A stretch of 64,000 nt of DNA from Sarea resinae (taxonomy: Eukaryota), in the NCBI GenBank assembly GCA_026026165.1, contig JAPEUD010000017.1, forward strand, positions 124,001-188,000, written 5' to 3'. This document shows positions 63,092 to 64,000 of this stretch, piece after piece (the first letter of the stretch is position 1; the number at the start of each line of letters is the position of its first letter). The notes below the pieces were generated by a model. It was not told the DNA's origin and searched no databases. It saw only the letters and a program-made list of their open reading frames with translations. A program made the position numbers and the translations under genes.

Positions 63092-64000
63092 ATGGCAATT
63101 GCAATGGCAACCGTGTCCCTTCGCGATGACCTTGATGTGCCCGGCACAGAACGTCTCATCGACGTCAATCATGACCTTAACGTTTCTCATGCAGGCAACG
63201 ACATCATTCTTATCCCACAGCCTACATCTTGCGGAGGGGATCCTCTGCGTTGGTCACGGTGGAAGAAATATTACCAGCTTCTCCTAGTCTCCTTGTACGC
63301 ATGTTCATTCTCCTTCGGAGAGAACAATTTGGGTGCGGCTTGGACGACAATAAGTAAGGACACAGATGTATCAATCACCAATTTGAATGGTGGAGGTGCT
63401 CTCAATTACCTCCTTCTGGGCTTTGTTAATATTTTTTGGGTACCGACCGCCATGAAGATTGGTCGCCGCTTCGTCTTTCTAGTCACAAGTCTGATCTGTG
63501 TTGGGAGTGCAATCTGGACGGCAAAATTCCATGGCACAGGTCAATGGATGGCGTCTAATGTGCTGGGGGGTCTGGGGACTAGTGCCTACGAAGCTGTCAT
63601 ACAGCTCTCGGTATTTGACATGTTCTTCGCCCACGAGAGAGGCCGTATGCTAGCCGTCTACATATTTGGCCAGCAGCTTGGTTCCATTCTAGGACTGATT
63701 ACGGGCGGTTATATGGCTGACAGTCTCGGTTGGCGTTGGAGTCAGTATATTGTTGCGATTGTGAATGCTGGGATCCTGGTTTTGCTGTTCTTTTCTTTTG
63801 AGGAGACGCTTTTTCCCCGCTTTTTATTTTCAGAATCTCTCCCTGTCAGTATCACGGGTCCCGTCCCTGGCGCCGACAAAGCAGAACCAAGTCCATCTGA
63901 AGAAAAGAAGGATATCGCCATTGTCAGCGCGGCACCAGCCACGTTGAATGATTTCCCCCGAAGATCGTGGACACAGCGACTGCAGCTATGGGTGTACTAC
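63092..64000 (+). CDS. MFS transporter, runs off the window end (absent from the ORF track)
   Basis: Open frame from ATG 63092/63104: DVPGTERLID..IILIPQPT..DPLRWSRWKK, PTAMKIGRRFVFL, DMFFAHERGRMLAVY, LGWRWS, FEETLFPR; many hydrophobic segments. Confidence 0.9.
   Translation, partial: MAIAMATVSLRDDLDVPGTERLIDVNHDLNVSHAGNDIILIPQPTSCGGDPLRWSRWKKYYQLLLVSLYACSFSFGENNLGAAWTTISKDTDVSITNLNGGGALNYLLLGFVNIFWVPTAMKIGRRFVFLVTSLICVGSAIWTAKFHGTGQWMASNVLGGLGTSAYEAVIQLSVFDMFFAHERGRMLAVYIFGQQLGSILGLITGGYMADSLGWRWSQYIVAIVNAGILVLLFFSFEETLFPRFLFSESLPVSITGPVPGADKAEPSPSEEKKDIAIVSAAPATLNDFPRRSWTQRLQLWVYY

Noticed and set aside
62869..63287. ORF-track entries upstream of and overlapping the MFS gene
   Set aside because: The transporter frame starts at 63092/63104; these are out-of-frame and at most uORFs.

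Overview
Intron-rich genomic DNA from a filamentous ascomycete (Pezizomycotina-type GT..CTRAC..YAG introns). About 1-53.8 kb is a housekeeping block. In order it holds a calpain-like protease, CDC28/cdc2, an AlkB dioxygenase, a conserved hypothetical protein, a 56-aa membrane microprotein, HP1/Swi6, CCT5, a ~10 kb gene-poor stretch, a DUF1752/DUF3295 protein, a CCCH+CHY zinc-finger protein, a DOA4-like deubiquitinase, VPS27, HBS1 (with a Ski7-like cassette exon), KAR2/BiP, an LSB5-like protein and another hypothetical protein. About 54-58.6 kb is an accessory, RIP-like decayed patch with a nucleotidyltransferase pseudogene, an LTR-like element, a frameshifted phosphotransferase and tandem repeats. 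About 58.6-64 kb is a likely fructosyl-amine utilisation cluster (amadoriase, Zn2Cys6 regulator, MFS transporter). The main observations are: an LTR-end fragment whose boundaries form a GT-AG intron inside a gene; the Hbs1/Ski7 dual-isoform exon; a weak telomerase-RNA candidate in the gene-poor stretch; an AlkB intron lacking an in-frame AG; a GC-AG intron and an 8-nt microexon in the CHY gene; and a recurrent noncoding palindrome TACTCCGGAGTA. All calls are by eye, with no database searches, and exon boundaries are manual.
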